Shown piece after piece: positions 8,661 to 17,551 of a stretch of DNA of 64,000 nucleotides. Position 1 is the first letter of the stretch, and each line of letters begins with the position of its first letter. The DNA lies in the NCBI GenBank assembly GCA_965223845.1, contig CBDCXR010000004.1, positions 2,624,001-2,688,000 of the forward strand, written 5' to 3'. A model generated the notes under the pieces. It saw only the letters and a list, made by a program, of their open reading frames with translations, made no database searches and was not told where the DNA came from. This stretch comes from Planctomycetota bacterium (GTDB lineage Bacteria > Planctomycetota > UBA8108 > SXIK01). Position numbers and translations under genes: made by a program.

Positions 8661-11600
8661 ATGCGAAGTCGCGTGGCGATCTACGGCTTCTTGGCGTTCG
8701 CCGCGACGACGGTGATCGTCGCGCCGCGCGCGCTCGCGCAGGTCGTCATCAACGAATTCGTCGCGGCGAGTGACGGCAGTTTCCTCGACGAGAACGGAGA
8801 GCCGAACGACTGGATCGAGCTCCTCGCGACGGCCGATGCGCCCGTCGACCTCTCCGGTTGGTCACTCACCGACTCGGCGGACGACGACGGGTGGGCACTC
8901 CCGTCCCTCGTCCTCGCTCCCGGCGAGACACTCGTCATCTTCGCTTCGGGCAAGGATCGACGGGACCCCGAAGGCGAGCTGCACGCGAGCTTTCGCCTCG
9001 CGGCGGACGGCGAGTACCTGGCTCTGCGCTCCCCAATCGGCGTCGTTCACGAGTACGCGCCCTATCCGCCACAGCGGGAAGGACTCTCCTACGGTCTCGC
9101 AAACGAGAGTCGCGTGCTCGTCGGCGCGGGCGACGAGGCGGACATCCTCGCTCCGGCCACAGACGACGCCGGCGACTGGACGGCGCGCAACTACAATCCG
9201 GGCGCGTCCTGGCTCCGCGGATCGACGGGGATCGGCTACGCCGACGCGAACGCTCCGCCGCTCGAGGACGACGCCCTCGCGGGGTTCTGGCCGTTCGCCG
9301 GTGATCTCGCCGACGTCGCACAAGGAAACGACGGCGTGTTCGCCGGAGGCGCCGTTCGATTCGCGGCGGGCCCGAACGCGGAGCTCGGTGCGGTCCTTTT
9401 CGATGGCGTCGACGATGTCGTCGAGGTCTCCCCAGCGCCGCTCTTTCCCGTGTCGAACCACGAGCGGTTCTCGGTGGCGATGTGGGTGAACGGACTGCCG
9501 CAATCCGACCGGCGAGTGTTCTCCGAGGGTTCGCGGAGCAACTCGCGGCCGGTGTTCAACATCGGAACCGATCACACGGGGTCGACCGGAGCGGTCGACA
9601 TCTTCATTCGCGACGATCAAGGTCAGGTGCTCGTCGGGCACGTCCATTCGCGGGCTCGAGCGTTCGACGGCTCGTGGCACCACCTAGCGTGGGTGGACGA
9701 CTCGGGACGCGCGAAACTCTATATCGATGGCGCGCTGGATCTCGAACTCGAGTACGCGAAGAAGGAGCTCGCGCTCGACCGAACGGCGTTCGGTGCGATT
9801 TTGCGCGACGGACTCAGCTTCCCGTTCGCGGGTAGCATCGCCGCTCCGGCGGTCTGGACGCGACTTCTCGCGCCGGACGAGATCGAGCGCTTGGCCAGCG
9901 GCTCCGACCCGCGCGCGATCGGGACCGCGTCGTTTGCGGATGCGATCGCAACCGACATCGGCTCCGAGCTCGGCGACATCAGCCCATCGGCGTACGTGCG
10001 CCTTCCGTTCACCTGGGAACCAGACGAACCGCCGCAGTCGCTCGTTCTTCGCTGTCGCTACGACGACGGATTCGCGGCCTACCTGAACGGTTCCGAGGTC
10101 GCGCGGCGCGGCGCACCCGCCGGAGCGCTGTCGGCGGGGTCGAGCGCCGCGGCGAATCGGCCGGACGAGCTCGCCGCGCGGTTCGAAGAGATCCCGCTCG
10201 ACGCGGCAGGGATCATCGTCTCTTCCGGCGAGAACGTTCTCGCCATCCACGCGCTCGACGCGGCGGAGCCCGATGCGGGGTTTCTCGTGCTTCCCGAGCT
10301 CCACGCCGTCGAACCGCCGCGCGAAACCGGCCTCTACTTCCGTGAACCGACACCGGGCGCTCTCAATCGCGGGGGATCGATCGACTTCGTCGCGGACACG
10401 AAATTCAGCCATCATCGCGGGTTCTACGCCGACGAGATCGAGCTTTCGATCACGAGCGAAACCCAGGGCGCGGAGATTCGCTACACACTGGACGGGACGG
10501 CGCCAGCTCCCGATCACGGCGAAGTGTACGCCGGCACGATTCGGATCTCGACGACGACGGTCGTTCGCGCCGCAGCGTTCAAGGACGGCTACGAGCCCAC
10601 GAACGTCGACACGCAGAGTTACTTCTTCCCGGCGGACATTCTTCGTCAGACCGCCCCGGCCGGGTATCCCTCGACGTGGAGCGGAACTCCGGCCGACTAC
10701 GCCATGGATCCGCGCATCGTCGGCGATCCCGAGTACGCGGCCGATTGGGAGACCGCGCTCTTCGACCTCGACACTCTCAGCGTCGTGCTCGATCCCGACG
10801 ACCTGTTCGGGCCCAACGGGATTTACGAAAACCCGACTCAGTCGGGCTCCGCGTGGGAACGTGCTGCTTCGCTCGAGATCCTGAGCGCGAGCGGTGAGCG
10901 CGATCTTCAGATCGATTGCGGCGCGCGAATCACCGGCAATCGCAGCCGTTCGCCCGCGAATTCACCGAAGCACGGAATTCGACTGATCTTCCGCGGGAGC
11001 TACGGCGCGACAAAGCTCGAGTATCCGCTCTTTCCCGGAAGTCCCGTCGAACGATTCGACACGATCGCGATCCGGCCGAACGCCTTCGACTCCTGGGTGT
11101 CCGACAACTCGAGTCAGCGGACCGGTGCGACCTACATCCGCGACGAGTGGGTGCGATCGGCCCAGCGAGACACGGGCTCGCCCACTCCCGGAAGCAGCTT
11201 CGTGCACCTCTACCTGAACGGCCTCTACTGGGGGCTCTACAACGCGACCGAACGCCCGGACGCGTCGTTCGCCGCGGAGCACGTCGGTGGGGACAAGGAC
11301 GATTTCGACGCGATCAAGAATCACGAGGAGGTCGTCGACGGGAACATCTTCGCCTACCGCACGCTCGATTCGCTTCGTGCGGCGGGCGTCCGCGACGCCG
11401 CGTCGTACGCCCGCATCGAGGAGTACGTCGATTTCTCGAGCATCTCCGACTACATGATCGTCAACATGTTTGCGCCCTCGACCGACTGGCCCGGGAACTA
11501 CTACATGGTGCGCGACCGGACCGGGGCGAGCGGCGGATTCAAGTTCGTCTCCTGGGACTCCGAGTACGCGTTCCTCGGATCGGTCGAGAACAATCGGACC

Positions 11601-13547
11601 CTCACTCACTGGCGCGACGCGGATTCTCCAACGAAGTTCTATCACGCTCTCCGCGAGAACGCCGAGTTTCGGCTCTTCTTCGCCGATCACGTCGAGCGCC
11701 ATTTCGGGACGGGCGGGATCCTCACGGTCGAAGCCGTACTCGAACGCTGGGAGACGCTCGCGGGTTCGATCCGGACGGCGCTCGTCGCCGAATCCGCGCG
11801 CTGGGGCGACTACCGGCGGTCGACGCCGTACCGACCGGACGTCGAGTGGGAGCGCGAGACGCAGCGACTCCTCACGGAATACCTCCCCCGGCGGCCGGCG
11901 ATCGTTCTCGAACAATTTCGCGCGCAGGGTATGTACCCCGAAATCGAACCGCCGACATTTGCCCCGGACGGCGGTGCGGTCGAGCTCGGCGCCCGCGTGA
12001 GCCTGAGCGCCGAGCGAGGCGCGACCTACTACACGCTCGACGGGAGCGACCCGCGCCTTCCGACCGGCGAAGTTTCCCCGGCGGCGCGCACGGTCGAGAT
12101 CCCGCGCGGAGATGTCATTCTCGCGCGCGGTGCACCGGGACGCGTGCACGTTCCGCTCGACGATTCCCTCGGCCTCGCTTGGACGGAACGCGGATTCGAC
12201 GACGCTGCGTGGACCGATCTCCCCTCGGCGATCGGTTATGAGCGGTCGAGCGGATACGAGGACGAGATCGAGGGCGATGTCGAATCGATCCTCTTCGGCG
12301 TGAACTCCTCGATCTTCGTGCGCATTCCGTTCGATGGCCGCGCGGCGGCGGATGCCGATGCGCTCACACTGTGGGTACAGTTCGACGACGGCTTCGTCGC
12401 GTATCTGAACGGCGAAGAGATCGCGCGTCGAAATGCGCCCGATGGCGCTCTCGAGTGGGACTCTCGAGCTTCGGATTCTCCGCCGGACGCAGCCGCCGTC
12501 GAGTTCCAGGCGATCGATGTTTCGTTCGCGCTCTCGCTCCTCAGCGGAACGGATGACGTCCTCGCACTCCACGGTTTGAATGCGAGCACGACGAGCAGCG
12601 ACTTTCTCCTCGCCGCCGAGCTCACCGCCGCGCAAGGAGCAACACCGGGGATCCAAATCGATTACGCGACGCGCGTCCGCGCGCGATCCTTCGACGGCGC
12701 CGAATGGAGTGCGCTCCGCGAGCGCACGTTCGTCGTCGATGAACCCCTGCCCGTACGCGTCACAGAGATCCACTACCACCCGGGAGGCGTGGCCGGAGAT
12801 CGCTTCCCCGCGGACGAGTTCGAGTTCATCGAAGTCCAAAACGTCAGCGAGCGCTCGGTATCCCTCCTCGGCGCGGCGCTCTCCGAAGGGGTCGAGTTTC
12901 GCTTCGACGACCCCGCTTTCGCGCCTCTGGCCCCGGGTGAGACGGCGATCGTCGTTCGCAACCTCGAGGCCTTCGCCGATCGGTATCCCGGCCCGGTCGC
13001 CGCGGATCGAGTCGCCGGCGAGTACGGCGGTCGGCTCGACAACGCTGGAGAGGTTCTTCGACTCTCGGACGCGCGGGGAGTTCTCGTCCAGGAGCTCGCC
13101 TACGACGATGCGTGGTATCCCTCGACGGATGGCGGCGGGGCGTCGCTCGAGATCGTGGACGCTAGAGGTCCTCTCGCGTCGTGGTCGACGAGGGACGGAT
13201 GGGCGCCGAGTTCGACGGCCGGCGGGACTCCCGGCGCCCACCCGTTCGGGAGCGAGCTCGAGGGTCACCGACGGATCGGCGACGCCAACCGCGACGGCAG
13301 CGTCAATATCGCCGACGCGCTCGCGATCCTCGGGTTCCTCTTCGGCGGTTCGCCCCTCGACGCTCTCTGCGAGCGTCCTGCGGGAGCGAATGTCGTCCTC
13401 GACGTGAACGGCGACGGCGGGGTCGACATCTCGGACCCGATCCGTCTGCTCCTCTACCTGTTCAGCGACGGGGATCCGCCTCCTCGAGGCGAAGGATGCG
13501 TGAAGATTCCGGGGTGCACTTCCGCGTGCCTCGGCGCCCCGGAATAG
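8661..13547 (+). CDS. Secreted LTD/LamG/CotH kinase family protein with dockerin-like domain (tandem paralogue of 3651-8645)
   Basis: Same domain order as the upstream gene: VVINEF, LamG, HLYLNGLYWGLY, DWPGNYY, WDSE, AESARWGD, RVTEIHYHP, GDANRDG..DVNGDG. Confidence 0.9.
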   Translation: MRSRVAIYGFLAFAATTVIVAPRALAQVVINEFVAASDGSFLDENGEPNDWIELLATADAPVDLSGWSLTDSADDDGWALPSLVLAPGETLVIFASGKDRRDPEGELHASFRLAADGEYLALRSPIGVVHEYAPYPPQREGLSYGLANESRVLVGAGDEADILAPATDDAGDWTARNYNPGASWLRGSTGIGYADANAPPLEDDALAGFWPFAGDLADVAQGNDGVFAGGAVRFAAGPNAELGAVLFDGVDDVVEVSPAPLFPVSNHERFSVAMWVNGLPQSDRRVFSEGSRSNSRPVFNIGTDHTGSTGAVDIFIRDDQGQVLVGHVHSRARAFDGSWHHLAWVDDSGRAKLYIDGALDLELEYAKKELALDRTAFGAILRDGLSFPFAGSIAAPAVWTRLLAPDEIERLASGSDPRAIGTASFADAIATDIGSELGDISPSAYVRLPFTWEPDEPPQSLVLRCRYDDGFAAYLNGSEVARRGAPAGALSAGSSAAANRPDELAARFEEIPLDAAGIIVSSGENVLAIHALDAAEPDAGFLVLPELHAVEPPRETGLYFREPTPGALNRGGSIDFVADTKFSHHRGFYADEIELSITSETQGAEIRYTLDGTAPAPDHGEVYAGTIRISTTTVVRAAAFKDGYEPTNVDTQSYFFPADILRQTAPAGYPSTWSGTPADYAMDPRIVGDPEYAADWETALFDLDTLSVVLDPDDLFGPNGIYENPTQSGSAWERAASLEILSASGERDLQIDCGARITGNRSRSPANSPKHGIRLIFRGSYGATKLEYPLFPGSPVERFDTIAIRPNAFDSWVSDNSSQRTGATYIRDEWVRSAQRDTGSPTPGSSFVHLYLNGLYWGLYNATERPDASFAAEHVGGDKDDFDAIKNHEEVVDGNIFAYRTLDSLRAAGVRDAASYARIEEYVDFSSISDYMIVNMFAPSTDWPGNYYMVRDRTGASGGFKFVSWDSEYAFLGSVENNRTLTHWRDADSPTKFYHALRENAEFRLFFADHVERHFGTGGILTVEAVLERWETLAGSIRTALVAESARWGDYRRSTPYRPDVEWERETQRLLTEYLPRRPAIVLEQFRAQGMYPEIEPPTFAPDGGAVELGARVSLSAERGATYYTLDGSDPRLPTGEVSPAARTVEIPRGDVILARGAPGRVHVPLDDSLGLAWTERGFDDAAWTDLPSAIGYERSSGYEDEIEGDVESILFGVNSSIFVRIPFDGRAAADADALTLWVQFDDGFVAYLNGEEIARRNAPDGALEWDSRASDSPPDAAAVEFQAIDVSFALSLLSGTDDVLALHGLNASTTSSDFLLAAELTAAQGATPGIQIDYATRVRARSFDGAEWSALRERTFVVDEPLPVRVTEIHYHPGGVAGDRFPADEFEFIEVQNVSERSVSLLGAALSEGVEFRFDDPAFAPLAPGETAIVVRNLEAFADRYPGPVAADRVAGEYGGRLDNAGEVLRLSDARGVLVQELAYDDAWYPSTDGGGASLEIVDARGPLASWSTRDGWAPSSTAGGTPGAHPFGSELEGHRRIGDANRDGSVNIADALAILGFLFGGSPLDALCERPAGANVVLDVNGDGGVDISDPIRLLLYLFSDGDPPPRGEGCVKIPGCTSACLGAPE

Positions 13548-13752
13548 CGGGCGACGCCGATTCGACGCCTCGGTTTGTCTCCTGTCGGGGAGCTTGCGGC
13601 GCGGTGGGGTCGATCTCCCTTCCGGATCGCGACATCGGACCGAGAATTGCCGGCGCGCGTTTGGTATCGTTGGAAGCGGGTGTATTCACTGTTTTCGCGA
13701 CTCGGCCATAGCGTCGAGTCTCGAGGTTGTTTCTTCCTGAGGGGGAAGGTCC

Positions 13753-16700
13753 ATGAGGACGCTAGCAGTCTGTAATCGTTTCCTCCGCCGGGCGGTGAGT
13801 TTGATGATCGTGCTCACGGTCACACCGGTTTCGGCGGACCTGGTGTCGCATTGGTCCTTCGACGCGACACTCGAAGACTCGGGCCCCGCCGGTAACGACG
13901 GTGAGTTTCAGGGCGGCGGCGGCGACCCCGTCTGGACCGAAGGGTTCGACGGCGAGGATGAAGGCGCGCTCCTCCTCGACGGCACGGGCTTCGTGCTCGT
14001 CGCGAACAACGACGGCCTCCCGCTCACGGACAACCCGTCCTACAGCGTGGCGATGTGGGTGAACGGCGGACCGCAGCCCGACTACCGCGTGTTCTCGGAG
14101 AGCTCCGACACCGACAACAGCCCCCTCTTCAACATCGGGACCGACAATACGGGCGCCACGGGTGAACTCGACATCTTCATCCGGCGAAACGGCGGCCAGG
14201 GCACCGCGGTCGGTCACTTCCACTCGCAAGACATTGCGTTCGTCGATGGCGAGTGGCACCACATCGCCGTCGTCGACGACAACGAGACGATTACCGTCTA
14301 CATCGACGGCGTCCCCGATCCGAATCAGATCACCTACACGCGAGAGCCGATGGACACGAATCTCACGACCATTGGCGGAATTCTCCGCGGGGGCGGTCCA
14401 TCGCACATGTTCATTGGTGCGATCGACGACGTACACGTCTACGACCACGCGCTCACTCCGGAAGAGATCGGCGCGCTTCTCGGTGCCGAAGAGTGTCCCG
14501 CTGAGGGCGACACGCACTGCTCGAACCTCGTGGTCGACGGGCCGGACGGCGAGCCGGGCATCTACGTTGCAACCGCGACCGGATCCGACGACACCGGCGA
14601 CGACGTGCGCTACGTGTTCCGCGCCGACAACGGCGCCGGCACGGAGCTTACCCCGGTTGAGCAGACCGGCAACGAGGCGCAGTTCGATCTTCCGCAGGGC
14701 ACGTGGACGATTTCGGTCACCGCCGACGATGATCCGCTCTGCGGAGACCTCGCGGACGATGCGACTTGCACGTCCGACCCGATCGTGATCGCGTGTCCCG
14801 CTGTCGGCGACACGCACTGCGACGACATCCAGATCACCGGACCCGTCGACGGCGGGCCGGGGCTCTACTCGGTCTCGATTCTCGGTGCGTCGGATGATTC
14901 CGACGACGAGATCCTATACCTCTTCACGGCGACGGAAGCTGGCGGGGCGAACCTGAGCATCGGCCCGATTCCCGACAGCTTCGCCGACTTCAATCTCACG
15001 CAGGGCGAGTGGACGATCTCCGTCACGGTCGACGACGATCCGAATTGCGACGACGTCGCAGGCGACGCGACGTGCACGGACATGATCGAGGTCGCGTGTC
15101 CCGAGGAAGGTGACACACACTGCGACGACTTCGTGGTCGAACGCACCGAAGACGACCTACCCGGAACACTCTTGGTCAGCGCGCTCGGCGCCACGGATGA
15201 TGGGGATGACTTCATCACGTATATCTTCCGCGCCGAAAGTGCGGCGGGGAAGGTCGTCGAGTTCGCGCAGGACACCGACACAGCGTTCCTCACCCTCGGT
15301 CCGGGAACGTGGCAGATCTCGGTGACGGTCGACGACGATCCCCTCTGCGACGACGTCGCCGACGATGCGACGTGCTCCGAGGAGGTGACGATCGTCGAGC
15401 CGGAACAGGGGATGATCTCCCACTGGAAGTTCGACGGCGACGTCACCGACGAGCTCGGGAACAACGACGGCATCTTCGAGGGTGACGTCGAGCCGAACTT
15501 CGTGGACGGCTTTGACGGGACCGCCGAGGGCGCGATTCTCTTCGACGGAATCGACGACATGGTCGTCGTTCCGCACGAGAGGAATCTTCCCCTCTACGCG
15601 AACGACGCGTACACGGTCGCGATGTGGGTGAAGGGTGGCCCCCAGCCCGACTACCGCGTGTGGTCAGAGGCGTCGACGCTCGAGCGGACGACGATCTTCA
15701 ACATCGGGACGCAATCCGCCGGCCAGACGGGGCAGGTCGATCTCTTCATCCGTCAGCGCAACGGTCAGACGCCGCACGGCCACACCTGGTCGGCCCGCGA
15801 TGCCTTCGACGACGAGTGGCACCATATCGCCTGGGTGGACGACGACGGCGAGGCCGTTCTCTACATCGACGGCGTCCGGGACGGGCAGAACTACGCGTAC
15901 ACGCGACCGCACCTCGGCATGAACACGACGACGATCGGCGGCATCCTCCGCGACACGCCGTCTCACTGGTTCATCGGCGCGATCGACGATGTCCGCATCT
16001 TCAACTACGCCCTCAGCCAGGAGGAGATCGAGGCGATCGTTCCCGAGCCGGATGATTGTCCTGGAGATGCCGACACGCACTGCGACGATCTCCAGGTGAG
16101 CGGCCCCGCGGGCAACTTTGAAGGTCCGTACACCGTGAGCGTCCTCGGCGCGACGGACGATACAGGCGACGACATCCTCTACACGTTCGCGGCCGTCCGC
16201 GAAGATGGCACGACCGTCTCCGCGGGTCCGGATCTCGCGAACTCCGCCGTCCTCAATCTCGGAGCCGGAACCTGGACGATCTCCGCGACCGTCGACGACG
16301 ACATCCTCTGCCGGGATGTCGCCGACGACGCGACGTGCAGTCAGGAGGTCACCGTCATTCAGGAGCCACAGATCCTCCTCTCTCACTGGACCTTTGACAG
16401 CACCCTCGAGGACCAGGAGCCGGCCGGAAACGACGGCGTCTTCGTCGGCGAGCCAGAGGCGCCGTTCGTCGAAGACCGCGACGGCAACGAGGGCGCTGCG
16501 CTCACGTTCGACGGCGTCGACGACTTCGTCAACGTCGCTCAGAACGAGGGTCTTCCCCTCTATCCGAGGGCTCGGTGGTCGGTCGCGATGTGGGTGCGCG
16601 GCGGTCCCCAGAACGACAAGCGGGTCTGGTCGGAGGGCTCGACGACGAACAACAACCCGCTCTTCAACATCGGGACGGAGCGGAGCGGCCAGACCGGTCA

Positions 16701-17313
16701 GGTCGATCTCTTCGTGCGAAACGCCGGTGGCGGCGTGATTCTCGGGCACGTTCTCTCGGAAGGAATCGCGTTCGACAACACCTGGCATCACATCGCCTGG
16801 ACCGACAACAACGGCGACGCCGTTCTCTACATCGACGGCGAGCCCGATCCGACGGACTTCAGCTACACGCGGCCCGACATGGATTTCGACACGACGACGA
16901 TCGGCGGGATCCTCCGCGGTGGGCCGTGCTGTCTCTTTAACGGCCAAATCGACGACGTCCAGATCTACAACTACGATCTGTCGGCCGCAGAGGTGAGGGC
17001 GATCGTCGAGGGCATGCCGCCGGAGCAGCAGTTCAAGCGAGGTGACGCCAACAACGACGGCGGCGTCAACATCGCCGACATGATCTATATGCTGAATCGC
17101 CTGTTCGGCGATGGAGCGGCGCCGACGTGCCTCGAGGCCGCGGAGCTGAACGGCGACAACGCGTTCAACATCGCCGACGCGATCTTCGGTCTCAATCGCC
17201 TCTTCGGCGACGGCCCCCCACCGATCGACGGCGCGGGAGCGGAAGGCATCGACTGCGGAGCGGATCCGAATCCGGATCAGTCGCTCGGCTGCCTCGAGTA
17301 CACACAGTGTTGA
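13753..17313 (+). CDS. Secreted protein with three LamG-like jelly-roll domains, four Cys/Asp-rich ~100-aa repeats and a C-terminal dockerin-like domain
   Basis: RBS-like GAGGGGGAAGG; signal peptide ending VSA. Three (S/H)W.FD..AMWV.G..WHHIA..GILR..IDDV units, repeats CP..GDTHC..DDD..C.D.ADDATC, tail FKRGDANNDG. Confidence 0.9.
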   Translation: MRTLAVCNRFLRRAVSLMIVLTVTPVSADLVSHWSFDATLEDSGPAGNDGEFQGGGGDPVWTEGFDGEDEGALLLDGTGFVLVANNDGLPLTDNPSYSVAMWVNGGPQPDYRVFSESSDTDNSPLFNIGTDNTGATGELDIFIRRNGGQGTAVGHFHSQDIAFVDGEWHHIAVVDDNETITVYIDGVPDPNQITYTREPMDTNLTTIGGILRGGGPSHMFIGAIDDVHVYDHALTPEEIGALLGAEECPAEGDTHCSNLVVDGPDGEPGIYVATATGSDDTGDDVRYVFRADNGAGTELTPVEQTGNEAQFDLPQGTWTISVTADDDPLCGDLADDATCTSDPIVIACPAVGDTHCDDIQITGPVDGGPGLYSVSILGASDDSDDEILYLFTATEAGGANLSIGPIPDSFADFNLTQGEWTISVTVDDDPNCDDVAGDATCTDMIEVACPEEGDTHCDDFVVERTEDDLPGTLLVSALGATDDGDDFITYIFRAESAAGKVVEFAQDTDTAFLTLGPGTWQISVTVDDDPLCDDVADDATCSEEVTIVEPEQGMISHWKFDGDVTDELGNNDGIFEGDVEPNFVDGFDGTAEGAILFDGIDDMVVVPHERNLPLYANDAYTVAMWVKGGPQPDYRVWSEASTLERTTIFNIGTQSAGQTGQVDLFIRQRNGQTPHGHTWSARDAFDDEWHHIAWVDDDGEAVLYIDGVRDGQNYAYTRPHLGMNTTTIGGILRDTPSHWFIGAIDDVRIFNYALSQEEIEAIVPEPDDCPGDADTHCDDLQVSGPAGNFEGPYTVSVLGATDDTGDDILYTFAAVREDGTTVSAGPDLANSAVLNLGAGTWTISATVDDDILCRDVADDATCSQEVTVIQEPQILLSHWTFDSTLEDQEPAGNDGVFVGEPEAPFVEDRDGNEGAALTFDGVDDFVNVAQNEGLPLYPRARWSVAMWVRGGPQNDKRVWSEGSTTNNNPLFNIGTERSGQTGQVDLFVRNAGGGVILGHVLSEGIAFDNTWHHIAWTDNNGDAVLYIDGEPDPTDFSYTRPDMDFDTTTIGGILRGGPCCLFNGQIDDVQIYNYDLSAAEVRAIVEGMPPEQQFKRGDANNDGGVNIADMIYMLNRLFGDGAAPTCLEAAELNGDNAFNIADAIFGLNRLFGDGPPPIDGAGAEGIDCGADPNPDQSLGCLEYTQC
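14494..15393 (+). repeat. Three tandem ~300-bp coding repeats (Cys/Asp-rich domain)
   Basis: Units start at 14494, 14794 and 15097, each beginning TGTCCC (CP) and containing GDTHC and DDDPxC..DATC. Confidence 0.9.
16057..16359 (+). repeat. Fourth copy of the Cys/Asp-rich ~100-aa repeat
   Basis: CPGDADTHCDDLQVSGP...GTWTISATVDDDILCRDVADDATCSQEVTV. Confidence 0.85.
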
Positions 17314-17355
17314 GCCGCGGCGGCGGATCTGCCGCCCTCGGCTGAAGGAACGGTC

Positions 17356-17381
17356 GGTCTCGGGCCTCCCGGCCCGAGATC
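17356..17381 (+). other. GC-rich stem-loop downstream of the 13753 gene (no U-tract)
   Basis: GGTCTCGGGCC-TCCC-GGCCCGAGATC: 11-bp stem with one G-U pair. Confidence 0.45.
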
Positions 17382-17551
17382 CAGTTGAAAACGAGGGACC
17401 CGCTCTCGGCGGGCAGCTCCCAAGGTTGCGAATGAAATTGCGCGCGAGCTCGGTGTTCGCGGGCATTGTTTCGCGACTTTGGGGCAGAGAATAGTAGGAG
17501 GTTCCGGGCCGAATGGGTCGATCCCGGAATCCCAGGACAAGGAGGGTACCC

